Source of the DNA: Octopus vulgaris
Lineage: Eukaryota
Assembly: GCA_951406725.2 (NCBI GenBank)
Contig: OX597817.1
Coordinates: 140,616,001-140,680,000, forward strand
DNA length: 64,000 nt
Reading direction: 5' to 3'
Shown here piece by piece: positions 26,609 to 40,471 of the stretch (its first letter is position 1; each line of letters begins with the position of its first letter). The position numbers and the translations under genes are program-made. The notes beneath the pieces were generated by a model. The model was not told where the DNA came from. It did no database searches and saw only the letters and a program-made list of their open reading frames with translations.

Positions 26609-26641
26609 GATAATAATAATAATAATAATAATAACAATAAC

Positions 26642-26729
<88 letters not shown>

Positions 26730-26885
26730 TTATCATCATCTATTATTATATTTATTGTTGTTGTTATTGTTGTTGTTATTATAATGCTATAGTTATTATA
26801 TTGCTATTATTATTATTATTCCTCCTATTACTAATTTTGTGTCAATTTTAAAAATATTTTAGAAATCATTCTATTATTATCATTT

Positions 26886-26939
<54 letters not shown>

Positions 26940-26970
26940 ACTATCTATCTATCTATCTATCTATCTATAT
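26609..26970. repeat. (AAT)n, (ACT)n and (ATCT)n microsatellites
   Basis: Direct inspection. Confidence 0.95.
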
Positions 26971-27316
26971 GTTATAAATCATTATTTCTGATAGATTTCC
27001 CCTATAAATCTTATACACACAGACCTCTTTAATAACATATACAAATTGAACTGAGACCTGCTTCTTTTCTTTTGAATAGATTTATTCTATTTTGACAAAT
27101 AAAACTTTCCTTGGTTGGTTTCCAATGAAATATCTCGCCCCCTCCGTCCCTTTTTTCCCCCCTTTCCTTATTTTCTTCTCTCGCATAACCTTATCGCTGC
27201 TTCACAGAGAAAGCAGTGATTTCTTTAGATTTCTCTTCCTTTCATCTCATCATTTTTGTGGATGTAGGAAATGTTTATACTGATGTGCACCTATCTGTGT
27301 ATGATGATGTGCATGA

Positions 27317-27377
<61 letters not shown>

Positions 27378-27471
27378 AGTGTTCAGGGGTGCGTCACGTA
27401 TTTGTGTGAGATACTGCTGACGAATGAACGTATATATATATGCACACATATCTGAGGATTTCAAACGTCAC

Positions 27472-27517
<46 letters not shown>

Positions 27518-27692
27518 ACACTCATACACACACATATATACACACACATGCAAATATAGATTTTTTAATTGAAACTGAAAGTGCGAGTTTGTGTCCCTAA
27601 TCTTGTTTCACACCTGTGTGATCCACTGTGATCCTCAGGTGACAATTGTTATGACTCGGTATTGGTACTTGGTAAACGTTTGGAGTGGTGCA

Positions 27693-27753
<61 letters not shown>

Positions 27754-27781
27754 GTGATCTATTGCTTGTTTTTGTTGATTG

Positions 27782-28010
27782 TGGCGAGCTGGCAGAAACG
27801 TTAGCACGCCGGGCGAAACGCGTAGCCGTATTTCGTCTGCCGCTACGTTCTGAGTTCAAATTCCACCGAGGTAGACTTTGCCTTTCATCCTTTCGGAGTC
27901 GATAAATTAAGTACCAGTTACGCACTGGGGTCGATATAATCGACTTAATCTGTTTGTCTGTCCTTGTTTGTCCTCTCTGTGTTTAGCCCCTTGTCGGTAA
28001 TAAAGAAACA
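27782..28010 (+). mobile_element. SINE family A monomer, tail type A
   Basis: Head, core and tail all present. Confidence 0.9.
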
Positions 28011-28326
28011 TATATATAGATATGTGTGTGAGGGGATGGAGGGAGAGAGATTTGAAGAAGATCTTCTGGATAGCTTTTAACTGTTTGCAAAAAAAAAACT
28101 TTGAAAACCAGAAAAACACGGACATTTTGGATTGAAGCCCTGCGCAGGTATAAAGGGCGCATTTAGTACTTTTGTTTCAGGACATAAATGAGATAAGCTT
28201 CAAATCTTAATTCCTATCTAGGGCTTAATAAAAGCAATTTCACGTTCATGTTTGCTTTACAATTCAAAATGTATTGAGTCCTCTACTATAAAACTGTTTA
28301 TTTCGTTTCTGACTTCAGTTTCGTGT

Positions 28327-28366
<40 letters not shown>

Positions 28367-28568
28367 CTATGTATCTATGCTGTCCACTCAAGAAAGCACA
28401 CAGTAAATTATCCATCAGTACTCGATCAAACTGATTCCTCAACTTGTTCCATTTGCCTAAAGGTTTGCAAGGCACCAACAGGCCTCAAGAGACACATTCG
28501 TATCCATAGAACAGGATTGCTACTTTATTTTACTGTATCCTCATTTGTCGTTCACAAGTGAATCCACC

Positions 28569-28652
<84 letters not shown>

Positions 28653-28710
28653 TATTTAGTATAGAAATTTTTAATACAATGCTAATGATAATATATTTAA
28701 ATTTATATTA

Positions 28711-29082
28711 AATCTTAGAGCGAGTTATAAACAGTAGCTACAACAGATCGTGACGTATATTTGCCATTTAAATATGGCTAACCCCAAAGGGTGGATGCTA
28801 CTGTAGTTTGTAGCCCCAGGAGGACACCTCCTCCAGCTGGCTACAGACACACTTTCTGTGCCCTATCAGTATTTGCAAAGGGAAGCCATCCTTCCCGTCT
28901 CCAACTTATGATACACACAGTCTCGAGTTTCTGGGTATTGACCCGTCATCGGCGTGTGACAATCACAGTTGTCGATGAAAAGTAGGTTCCCTTCACAAAT
29001 ACATATACTTTTTTCAGTATCGTAATGACACTGATATCGAAAAAGTGTAAACAAGCAATAATAAATGACAAATATACGTCAC
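28711..29082 (-). mobile_element. Penelope-pLTR-like insertion with 13-bp TSD, asymmetric inverted repeat and hammerhead-like motif
   Basis: TAAATTTATATTA direct repeats at 28698-28710 and 29083-29095; inverted 21-mer at 28750-28770 / 29062-29082; hammerhead-like fold at 28914-28958 (-). Confidence 0.65.
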
Positions 29083-29144
29083 TAAATTTATATTATAATA
29101 TAGATAATATCTTTCAGTATTAATTGAATTACTTTATGGAGGTT

Positions 29145-30820
29145 CTATTTCTTAGCAGCAATAAATGAGGTCAAATACTACTCTGCTGTAGGTCCTGATA
29201 GATTCCCCGCTAGTCTCCTGAAGGAATGTAGACACCAACTTGCAGTCCCTCTGACCAACCTCTGGAGAAATTCGTTAGACGCAGGTTATATACCGAAACA
29301 GTTTCTATCCCAGTCAGTCAACCCGGTTTTCAAACAGGGAAACAGATCCATCACACTCAACTATCGCCCAATCTCACTCACCTCCCACGTCATTAAAGTG
29401 TTTGAAAGAGTGTTAAGATCAAGGATATCTGACTTCCTGGAGACCCACAAACTCCTAAATGCAAATCAGCATGGCTTTCGCTGTGGCAGGGACTGTCTAA
29501 CACAACTCTTACACCACATTGAAGATGTACTCAAAGCCTTGGGAACAGGCTCGAACTCTGACGTCATATATCTTGACTTCAGTAAAGCGTTCGACAGGGT
29601 AGACCATAATATCCTACTCTCAAAATTGGCAAATGTTGGAATCCGTGGAAAAGTTCTACACTGGATTAAGTATTTCCTGGCGAATAGAACACAACATGTT
29701 GTAGTTGATGGAGTCCACTCAAGCCCAGCAAAAGTCACCAGCGGTGTCCCCCAGGGGACTGTCTTGGGTCCGCTACTCTTCATAATTTACATAAACGACC
29801 TTTCCAGTGTCGTACTTTACTGCAAAGTGAAAATATTTGCTGATGACACTAAGCTCCAGCAAATCGTCAATGAAGAAGCAGACCGAACTCAACTCCAGTC
29901 TGATCTATATGCTGTGAGTCAATGGGCAGACAGAAACAAAATGCAAGTGAACGAGGGAAAATTTGAGCTGATGCATTTTGGAAGAAATTCCTCACTAAAA
30001 CAGCCATACTCTCTTCCTTCAGGGGAACCGCTCACAGCCTCTAACAATATCAGAGACCTGGGTGTAATTGTTGATGAAGATCTCAGTTGGAGTGCACCCA
30101 TCAACAAGAAGGTCGATATAGCTCGTAGGATGAGTTCCTGGATCTTAAGAACTTTCCGGTCCAGAGAACAAGGTGTCATCATACCACTTTTCTCCTCCTT
30201 TGTACGGCCACACCTCGAATACTGCTGCCCACTGTGGTCTCCCCATACAAGACAAAACATCTCGAGGATTGAGTCACCCCAGATGGCACTCACTAAACGA
30301 ATTGAAGGCATGGCTGCTCTCGATTATTGGGATCGCCTTAAAGCCTTGAAACTTTACTCTCTCCACCGTCGCCGTGAGCGGTACATCATTTGTACGATGT
30401 GGAGAATATACCGCCAACTTTTTCCCAAACGACCTGAACATTAGCTTCAAGGTTCATCCAAGACTGGGACCACGGACCATACGTCCCCTGCCCAATTCAA
30501 GATCACAGCATACATGTACACTGCAACATAATTTCTTTTCCTCAACAGGCCCTACCCTATTTAATATTGTCCCGAAAGAGATCAAAGAGGAAAAAGATCC
30601 CATCAACTTTAAACGAAGTCTGGATAGATTCCTTCAAAGAATACCAGATAAGCCACCCATGATTGGATACAACTCACCCAACAAGAACTCACTACTTGAA
30701 TGGACCATAAACAAAACTTGACTTAAACAGGATTCGAATAATCCTATCAGGTGGTGCTATTAAGTTAGACATGGCCTGGACCAATCTTTGGTCGAAACAT
30801 ATCTAAGTTTATCTAAGTTT
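29145..30820 (+). mobile_element. 5'-truncated CR1/Jockey-group LINE with nearly intact RT
   Basis: Open frame from about 29148 (SAVGPDRFP, NYRPISLTS) through ORF 29398-30444 (QHGFR, YLDFSKAFDRV, SGVPQGTVLGP, FADD, VRPHLEY); frameshift near 30420 into 30374-30721; tail ATCTAAGTTT repeated twice. Confidence 0.92.
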
Positions 30821-31059
30821 ATATATATATAAAGATAGGTCTATGAACAACAAGCAAGTGTATTAGATTGACGCGCGGGAAAAATGAAAAAGTCTTTTAC
30901 GTTTGAAGCCTACGCTCTTCAACAGAAAGGAACATGAGAAAATACACACACATACACACACATACCTCACATACATACAAAACCATACATGCTTGCATAT
31001 ACAGAGACAAGCAGACAGGCAGGCAAGGTGGCAGCGAGCTACCTAGCTAGCCAGCGAGC

Positions 31060-31161
<102 letters not shown>

Positions 31162-31319
31162 TCATAGTGACTACATTATTGGCTGCTATATCTGTTGTAG
31201 GCGTTGTATTTGATGTTCTTATACGTAAAGTTTCCGAATTCAAAAAAATTGACGTAGCATACGTAGATGTGAGGGGCCTAGTCGCCGGATAGTCCATTGT
31301 TTACAGAAAAACAAACTTA

Positions 31320-31476
31320 GGTGCAGGAGTGGCTGTGTGGTAAGTAGCTTGCTTACCAACCATATTGTTCCGGATTCATTGGCACTTTGGGCAAGTGTCT
31401 TCTACTATAGCTTCGGCCCGACCAGAGCCTTGTGAGTGGATTTGGTAGACGGAAACTGAAACCAGTCGTATATATG

Positions 31477-31509
<33 letters not shown>

Positions 31510-31735
31510 ATGTGTGTGCGTGTGTGTGTGCGTGTGTGTGCGTGTTTGTCCCCCCCAACATCGCTTGACAACCGCTGCTGGTGTGTTTACGTCCCCGTAA
31601 CTTAGCGGTTCGGCAAAAGACACCGATAGAATAAGTACTGGGCTTACAAAGAATAAGTCCTGGGGTCGATTTGCTCGATTAAAGGCGGTGCTCCAGCATG
31701 GCCGCAGTCAAATGACTGAAACAAATAAAAGAATA
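31320..31735 (+). mobile_element. SINE family B, near full length
   Basis: GGTGCAGGAGTGGCTGTGTGGTAAG head, TTGGGCAAGTGTC CORE-like motif, internal (TA)/(GT)n, ..GACTGAAACAAATAAAAG tail. Confidence 0.9.
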
Positions 31736-31849
31736 AGTAACTATATCCGCCATGTTTTTCCCTGAAAGAAGGATTTACAAGAAACATTATAATTCACATT
31801 CATCACTTGAAAATTTATGAAACAACTTTATTATTATTATTATTATTAT

Positions 31850-31910
<61 letters not shown>

Positions 31911-32558
31911 TACAGGCGAAAATCGGAACTGTCTTCTATGGGAATCTTTACTAGTTTCCTCTAAACTTACTGTTTCCCTCACAAATCAAAAACATTTAAC
32001 ACAAAATTCATTATTAAGTATTTGCTGTCGTTTTCTTCGTTTCTTCTTTATTTATTGTAATTTCCAGAAGAATCTTGTGATTTGTATTCTATGCTAGATT
32101 TGTGTATGTCTGTGCCTGTTTCACGATGTTCTTTTCCAGATGTGGCTATTGTATACAAACTTTCGCTGTTTAGACATGTGGGCGTTACATACAAGATGTT
32201 GATACCTTATAAAAGATTTCGTTACTCTATAAACAATGTCAGAGTTTTAGAGGAAATATCGATGTTTGTACAAGATTTCCATGTTTCCTACAAGACATAA
32301 TGTGGGTGAAATACCTCGGATATCGATGTACTTGTGCGCTTTCTTTTCTTTCAGATCTATTTTCGTTGTTGTTATTTAACCCCCAGGCCAACTCTGATAT
32401 TCCAAACTTACGACATAAAGCGTTCTAACCGAGACCATCTCATCATTCATTTATTTCAGACTGCTTTATCCTATATGTCTTGTTTTTTGAAAATGGCGGA
32501 TTGTAATCTATGAAATAATTGGTTAATAATTTTAACAGTTCAATCGACTATTTAAAAG

Positions 32559-32612
<54 letters not shown>

Positions 32613-33854
32613 ATTTTACTCTCTTTCTCCCTCTCTATCTCTCTTTCTCTGTTTCTCTGTCCGTTTATGTCTCTGTCTCTCTCTCGAATTCTTAGTTAAT
32701 TCTTACGTTAACATTAATGTCTGTTGAGTTTATCATGTTTCGTGTTAGCATTAGAAATGTCTTGACTTAGGATCTTTCTCTTCTTCAACCAACCAGTTGA
32801 CATACTTTCAGGTGGAAAGAGTATTTTCGTGACAAGAACATCATGAGATTATTTTCATTTCGTCTTCTTCTTTCTACTTCTTGTTCGTTCACTAAAGCTT
32901 TCTTCTATACAAGATTCTTTCCATAACCGTAAGAAATAGAAACGGTAACACCTTCAAGCGAAAACTAATTAACTCCTTTTTTTCCATTACAAAGGAAGCA
33001 GGTCATTTTTCCAGAAACTGTCTTAGAACAGGCAACATTCTTAGAGTCTTGTATAATTTCTATTGTTCTTTTTTGTTCTTGAATTTTTGTGCTTTTTCTC
33101 TTTCAATGTTCATCTGTTTCAGTTTTTCGCTTTCGTTTCTTTGATTCATAAATGTTCTCGCTTGATTTTATTTCATTTTATTTTATTTCATTCTAAGAAG
33201 GTATACTTTATATTCATCAAACTGTCACTATTGTGGTTCTATCAGTTCTGTTAACTGTAGATGCTGAATTTCTTTAAAGTTTATCGACCGAACACTGTCA
33301 GGGTGCCCAATGCTTCGCGTCCATTATTCTGTTTCAATGTGGACATATAGAACTGTACACCATTCTTCAATATTTATATAAGCCTTTCACTTCCATGGAA
33401 ATAATTTTACAAAACTCTTCAATGTCAAAATCTATTACGTATTTCGAATTCTTGTCAACATATTTTCTTTTTCGTTCAAACTGTAAACAGCAGCAGATAT
33501 CACTGCCACGTAACACAGTGGGATAGAATTCGCATTCAACCTCCTTGCTAGTTTTTATTTAAATGTTTCAATGTAAGAATCTGTACGTATAAGTTTATGT
33601 TTATGTGTGTATGTGAAGGTGTGTGTGTGTGTGTGTTTTTCACGATTTCCATTGATATGGTAATAATGTCCTATAACAAACATCAGTTAAACGTTGTGTA
33701 GAGAAAAACGTGGGCCGCTGTCAAAATGAGACAGGTTGCTCGTTCTGTTGGATGACGGTAGACCTCAGTTACACGGCAACAACAAAACCAATTGAAAACG
33801 CTTCATTTTACTTACAACACTGAAACCTTTGGGATAAGCATAGCTGCTACAGCA

Positions 33855-34234
33855 GGAGGCGCAATGGCCCAGTGGTTAGAGCAGCGGACTCGCGGTCGGA
33901 GGATCACGGTTTCGATTCCCAGACCGGGCGTTGTGTGTGTTTATTGAGCGAAAACACCTAAAGCTCCAAGAGGCTCCGGCAGGGGGTCGTGGCGACCCCT
34001 ATTATACTCTTTCGCTCCAACTTTCTCTCACTCTTTCTTTTTGTTTCTTGTCTCCGACTTCCTACGCAACCGCTGAGCCTGGATGCGCATTCATCCATCC
34101 GTCAATGCTCTCGGTGTCGGGGGTTGACCTGCTTTCTCTTCTGCGGGTCTTACGAATAGCAAAGGACCACGTTTCGGACTTCTCCCATCTTGAAAGCTCT
34201 GGGACGAAGACCGTTCGCTCAGCTCAACAGCAAC
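33855..34234 (+). mobile_element. tRNA-derived SINE family C with 13-bp TSD
   Basis: TGGCCCAGTGGTTAG A-box and GGTTTCGATTCC B-box; TSD AGCTGCTACAGCA at 33842-33854 and 34235-34247; second copy at 59203. Confidence 0.9.
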
Positions 34235-34334
34235 AGCTGCTACAGCAACCCATTGCCGATCGATCTTCTTCCAGGATGAAAGAATCAAATAACATCAGCT
34301 AAATACAAATTTATATTATAACTGTTGGATTAAG

Positions 34335-34545
34335 TGGCTAGATGGCAGAATCGTTAGCACGCCGGAAAAAATGCTTAGCGGCCGTTCGTCCGTCTCCATG
34401 TTCTGAATTCTAATTCTGCCGAAGTCGACTTTGCCTTTCCTCCTTTCGGGTCGGGAAAATAAGTACCAGTTGAGCACTGGGGCCTATGTAATCGACTAGA
34501 CCCCTCCCTCAAATTTCAGGCCTTGTCCATTGTGTAAAAAGGATA
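34335..34545 (+). mobile_element. SINE family A, tail type B, diverged
   Basis: Head and core homology. Confidence 0.8.
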
Positions 34546-35043
34546 TTATAACTTTTGGTATGATAAGGATGGAAAATAGTTATTTTTCCAGTCATAGCCC
34601 TAAGAGCAATGATATGTTTGTTAAAGGATTGGTTTCGTTTGGCACCAATCAAATCATCAATGTAGCTACACAAGTCGGCCGAGAATTCTTAGACTAGCAC
34701 AGGGATAGGGCAGAAGGCAAATAACCGAGAGATGAAGAGTACTTTTCATCTTGACACTATCACCAAACACAGTAAATGAGGGTAAGGGTGGGACGATTGA
34801 GCGTACAATTGCCCTTTATAAGTGACACTGTGATATTGATGAATATTTAGTCAACAAACAGTACTAGGTTGTCGTGCTTCATTACCGTAGCATCTTATGC
34901 AGACTCGGTGTGGGGTGAAGGTGGGGCTCACACTTAACGCTACCAAAACCGGAATTTTCATAATTCGAAACACTGATTACCAATAACAACGAAACTAAAA
35001 TCATGAGGCAACAACACCAAGCAATCGCTCGACATACTTTTCT

Positions 35044-35420
35044 TTCAAACATTCAATTTTGGAGAGAATTTTTTGATGAAATGTAGTTCCATTGCTTTTC
35101 AGTATTGCGGATCTTCCCGTGCACATTTGTAAAAATAAAAATTTTGAATTTTTCGTCGCTGCATATTTCCAGATGCTTACTTAATGGAATCTTGAGAAAT
35201 TCATCTTGTCGGATATGTTACCTGTGGATTCTTGCATGTTGGCAGAGGGAATTATTTGTTTTACCAATGTAATTTTCTTTTCCAGTTTGGTAATGCAGTA
35301 TATGAGGTTTTGCGTTTTGCAACTCATATCTGCATTTATTTTGAAAAGGGATCCGCTCTTGAATTCTATGTGGGAACCTCTTTCCAAGTATTTGAAGTTG
35401 TTGATGTTGTTGCATGTTTC
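35044..35420 (-). mobile_element. Penelope-like GIY-YIG endonuclease fragment (pseudogene)
   Basis: Frames combine to MSCKTQNLIYCIT / KENYIGKTNNSLCQHARIHR..HIR and SKHLEIC..ELHFIKKFSPKLNV*. Confidence 0.8.
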
Positions 35421-35441
35421 ACATCTCCTATTTCCACATTC

Positions 35442-35561
<120 letters not shown>

Positions 35562-37211
35562 TATGGATCAAAATTATACAAAAACGAAAAACTAGAGACA
35601 GGTGAGGGAGCAACAAACAGGGTGTAATAGTTTGACATTCTGGAAAAATGAAAGAAGCCCTCAACATTTTGAGATTACGCCGTTCTGCAGAAAGCAATGA
35701 TGAGAAAAACTGACAGAGAGAAGAACAAGACTGGCTTCTTTCAGTTCCACTTGCAAGACAATGATCGGGCCGGGGCTATAGCAGAAGACATCTTCCAAAG
35801 ATGCCACGAAGTGGGACCCAAACCGAAACTAACTTCTTAACACAGTGCGCCTACGCCCAATGTTAATTCGTTTTCAAAATTTGCTATGTAATTCACCCGA
35901 TGTTATATTTAATTGCACTGTCAAGGATTCGAATCTATGTCAATAGCAAAAACACTTAAACATTCGTTGTCCCGTATTTGAAACTCAAACCTCTTGCTCA
36001 TATGCTTGATACTTTAGAACATTGGACATATGCACTCTCAAATTCACTATACGTACCAAGAGCCAAGAGCTGTCGGCCTTGTTTAAATTCCAGATCATGG
36101 AGATTGATGATCAACCCACCATTTTTTCTTCGGCATTCTTCCGTTCTAAGTTGTTTGCCGATCAAGATAAACCCCTGAATTTGAACCTGGATAATTCCTC
36201 TCCAGAGAGATGGTTAGTGCAAGATTGCTTTCTTTTTGTGTGTGAAGGACACCCCTTTTCTGCCCACCACTAATGTTTCCCAAAAGATATATAAGTATTG
36301 CTACCACTTGGTCCGTGTCTTGTTGCGAGGGAACTTAGAAACGTGGGGCCGAAAGAAATACCACAAGGCAATTTTGTCCAAACGTTATAACAATTCCACA
36401 TTCCTGGAATGGTATTTTATTTTATGGGCCCTGGTCGGACAAGAGACAAAGCTGTCTTCGCTGGAGACTTTTGAACCCAGAGCCTAAACAACCCAAACAC
36501 ATACTGCAACGCATTTTATCTGATGCTTCAGCAATTCTATGAATCCCTCACCTATTAGGCATAAGATATCGAGGACTACATCTACCAATATGTCGTTTTT
36601 TTAAGACAGTAAGGTGCGATTTGAGGGGAAACTGGTAGCTATTTCTACTAGATTGATCGGCCACGTATATTTCCCCTCTTTGACTCGTGCTTTTAAAAGG
36701 TTGTTCTTTTTTTCTTTTCGAAACGTCTCCCCCTCCCCCGCAGCTGCTTCTACGTCACTGCTACAAGACAGACTGTGTAGAACTATGTAGACAAGCTCGA
36801 TATTTTATTTGAAAAATCTGTATAACAGTAATGCCAGGAACAACAGAAAACTTAATGAGATATAAGTTGATTGCAAATTTAATTAAATCTCAGACCAGAT
36901 TAACTTAGCTATAAAGTTTGGAATAACAATGTCTTTGAAACAGAATATCTGGAAGAATGGTGGATTTTTTAAAAAATCATTGACAATACCTTCTCTCAGT
37001 TTTGTTCAAATATAATTCAATCAATGATTTTCAAGACAGATATAGAATCTCTTATCCAAACACACAGTTATCGAAGGCATGAAGTAGTTATAGATTCAGT
37101 GTGAAATCATCTGAAGGCGATGCTGCAGTATGACCGCAGTCTGAGAACTGAAAGAAATAAAACGATAAGAGAATATGCTACTATATACATTCGTTTATAT
37201 GTACACGTACT

Positions 37212-37243
<32 letters not shown>

Positions 37244-37283
37244 TGTATGTATGTATGTATGTATGTATGTATGTATGTATGTA

Positions 37284-37323
<40 letters not shown>

Positions 37324-38416
37324 AAATCCGAGTGTAGTCGTATATAAGATGTTCATGAATATCCAGGCGTGAGATCTTTCGCTGTAGAAATATTCGCGAA
37401 AGAAATTTCTCCACATAAAATGTGTGAAAACACATTAGGTTATTAGTGACACCATCGGACCGCTGGATGTCTACGTTTTACGTTGTTGGACGTCGTCAGC
37501 TACATATTCCTAATCTATCCTTAAGAGAATTATAAGATTGATGATTCTTATATCTAAGAACAACAGTTAAGGCCAGTGTTTCTATAGGCCAGTTTCTCTA
37601 TTGGCTACCAATTTTCTATAAGAACAGTTCTTGGTAGGGTATGGACGATGGTTTCAGCATCCGTAGCTGATGAGGTGTAACGACGCAGAAACATGTGTCT
37701 TATGTTCTGATGACGTCATTCATAGCCCAGGAAGAGTGTTTTCACACACATTATCTATCAGGAGAATTTCTCTCCTGAAAAAAGTTTCCGCTGGGAAGTT
37801 ATTTCTACGTCTGAATGCTCACGAACGCGTCAAATGTAATTGTACTCACCTACATACAAGTCAGTATGTTTAAAGGCTCACTTTCAACGCTCTGAATTGT
37901 AATCCGAGGTCAGCTACACACCCACCAATTCCAAATTTAAGAATTATGCTTTCTTGGGGATAGGATTCGGCGGTGAAAATCAAATTTATCCAACGGTTAG
38001 GATTGATCTAAACAACTTTGAGAAGCGAAAGAACTCTTTATCGTTGCTGAGAAGCTTACAACCTTTGGCCATTCAAAAGAAGTTCCTTCCCCGAAAATTA
38101 ACATCAAAGCAACTAAAGCACAATATATCAAAAAGACTGATTCATTAAAAATGCAATTAATGACTTTGTTTCTATCAATGATTAAAATCTGAAACCCATA
38201 GTTTAGAACTTGGTGAAACTTCTCCGATTTGAAGATAAACATTTTCCAGGGAAACAGACATGAAATATTAAAAGTTTAGTGATAAGATTCATCTTTTAAA
38301 TTTGATCGTTTACTGTAAAATTATTTTAAAGTATAATTATTTTAAAAAGTAACTAAACCAAACCTGTTGAAATTTAATTTTAAAAGCGATTAAACAATAA
38401 GAAAAATTATAAACTA

Positions 38417-38920
38417 CTAGCAGTATCGCCCGGCGTTGCTCGGGTTTGTAAGGGAAATAACTATATAAGCATTTTTAGAGAGTTACTTCCCTTATAAATT
38501 CGGGCTTTCTTAGCCATTTTTGTTTTGGTGTCTTCAAGCCATAAAGTCGTTGTTCTAAAAGAACGCTGGTTTCCTTCACAACGCATTACGACGTTGATTT
38601 CTTTACACTCCCTTCCCCACAGCTTCACGAGGGAGGGAAGGGGGAGAAGCAAACAGGTGCAGCTGTGAGCGTGGACGCCAACTCCGCCGCCATCGACATA
38701 CGATGCATTTTATGCATTAAAATGGAATAAAAAATGATGTTAAATTATTTTTAAAATCGTAGACTCATCGTTGACGCGCGCTAATAGTCAGACGGGCTTG
38801 ATATGAATCACGACTATAAGATACCCGAATTTGGTTAAACTGCACCGCAAAATGTGGGAGGAGTTAGGAATCTAAATCGAAGGGGACAGACACTCACACA
38901 ACTAGAGTTTTATATATATA
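38417..38920 (-). mobile_element. Non-autonomous Helitron
   Basis: Minus-strand 3' end CCCGAGCAACGCCGGG hairpin followed by ..CTAG|T; 5' end in TATATATAAAA..TGTCTGT. Confidence 0.75.
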
Positions 38921-40138
38921 TTATTGTAAAGAGCAGCAGACAAAGTATTTAGCGATATCAAGTTTGTTGTTTGTGTTTCCGATGGAAAATTCTCTGAATT
39001 ATTTGGGCAACATAAATAACTATTACTAAAGCGAAGCGTCGCTATCGAGTCTAATGTAAAAAAGAGACTTTCTTTTACTTGCAGCCATTCTGGAGCATCG
39101 CTTTGAACTGTTTAATCGAACAAACCGGCCTCAGTACTTATTTTAAATCTGATACTTATTCGATCGGTCTCTTTGCCTATCTGCAAACACCGATTGTCAA
39201 ATACAGCACGAACACAAAGATACACACATCCATCCATCTATCCATGTATATATATATACACACACACACACATGTATAAACGCACATCCAACACTACTTA
39301 TCTACACAACCACGCTTATCTGTAAAACTACAATAAATAGAAGTAAAGAGGTCGATAAGAATCCTATTTATCCGACGGGCGCGGTTTGTAGTCATTAAGT
39401 ATATATTGTTCCTTACTCCTCATAAATAGTCCTATATCTGTAATGGCCCCTGGCTCTCAAATACTCTCGTCTTTTTCATCTTACATTCTTCTTTCCTTCA
39501 TAAAATATTTACCTTCAAATTACTGAACTCATTTCAAGTTACTAAGGAACATCTTTTTTTATATTTTTTAAGAAACAATTGGAGCTGGTCAGGAAATGAT
39601 AAAAATATCTGTTTAATAAAAAACTGTAATATATGGTGATCGGATGATTGGTCGTCTAAGCTAACCGAGCCATCGAGTCAAACGCCTTGCAGAGGTCTAA
39701 TATTGGCTACAAGTAGGCCCTGCCCCAAATCTCCGCTTGTGTGCAAGGAGTACATAAAGAGCCAGAATCCTACCAGTTGTTGACCCTTTTGGCGTGAATT
39801 CTGACTGAGCGTGTGTGCGTATGTTCCTTATGCATTCGAAAACTGAGTTGCTGATTTTGACATATAGGGTATCAAAAGATTCAGTAATCTTTCGGCTACC
39901 AAATAACTTAATTTTCATTTACATAATTTCTACGCTGTCTCAACAACTAGCTATCTTTATTTGAAAGACACTGCTCCACATCGACCAGGTTTCATTAGAA
40001 AGTAAAAATAGTTTCACAATTTCAATTTGTACCAAAACTACAAGGTGTTGCGTTACGAAAGTGACGACGGTGAATAATGAAAGTAATGTTTCTCCGAATT
40101 AGTCACATCTGTATTATAATAAAGAAAGCTGCTTATCA

Positions 40139-40440
40139 TCTATCTATATACATAAAGGCTACCAAATAAACTATGTTCTTGGCACAACAGCTCCTTTTTA
40201 CTACTAAGATGACCTCGGAAACGAGGCCGGGTCGCACTATTTTGAGGTTACTTTCGGGCAATATTTCGATTTGTTCTTAATGTTTCACTTTCATCCGATG
40301 TATTACGCACGTGTAGAATTCTACTCAGACAAAAATTTATGAAAACGTACACATAAATATTGTATTAAAATAAGCCACAACCAAAAAAGTTTCATTAAAG
40401 TCATCCATTTCTCTATGTTATGAAGAAATACATTCACTCA

Positions 40441-40471
<31 letters not shown>

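Noticed and set aside
33855-33930. tRNA gene-like sequence (also at 59203, 14764 and the family A/B heads)
   Set aside because: No proper acceptor stem; continues into a repeated body with tail and TSD, so these are SINE heads.
35980-36230. Faint resemblance to a Gypsy protease region
   Set aside because: No catalytic DTG/DSG motif or other LTR-element domain visible.
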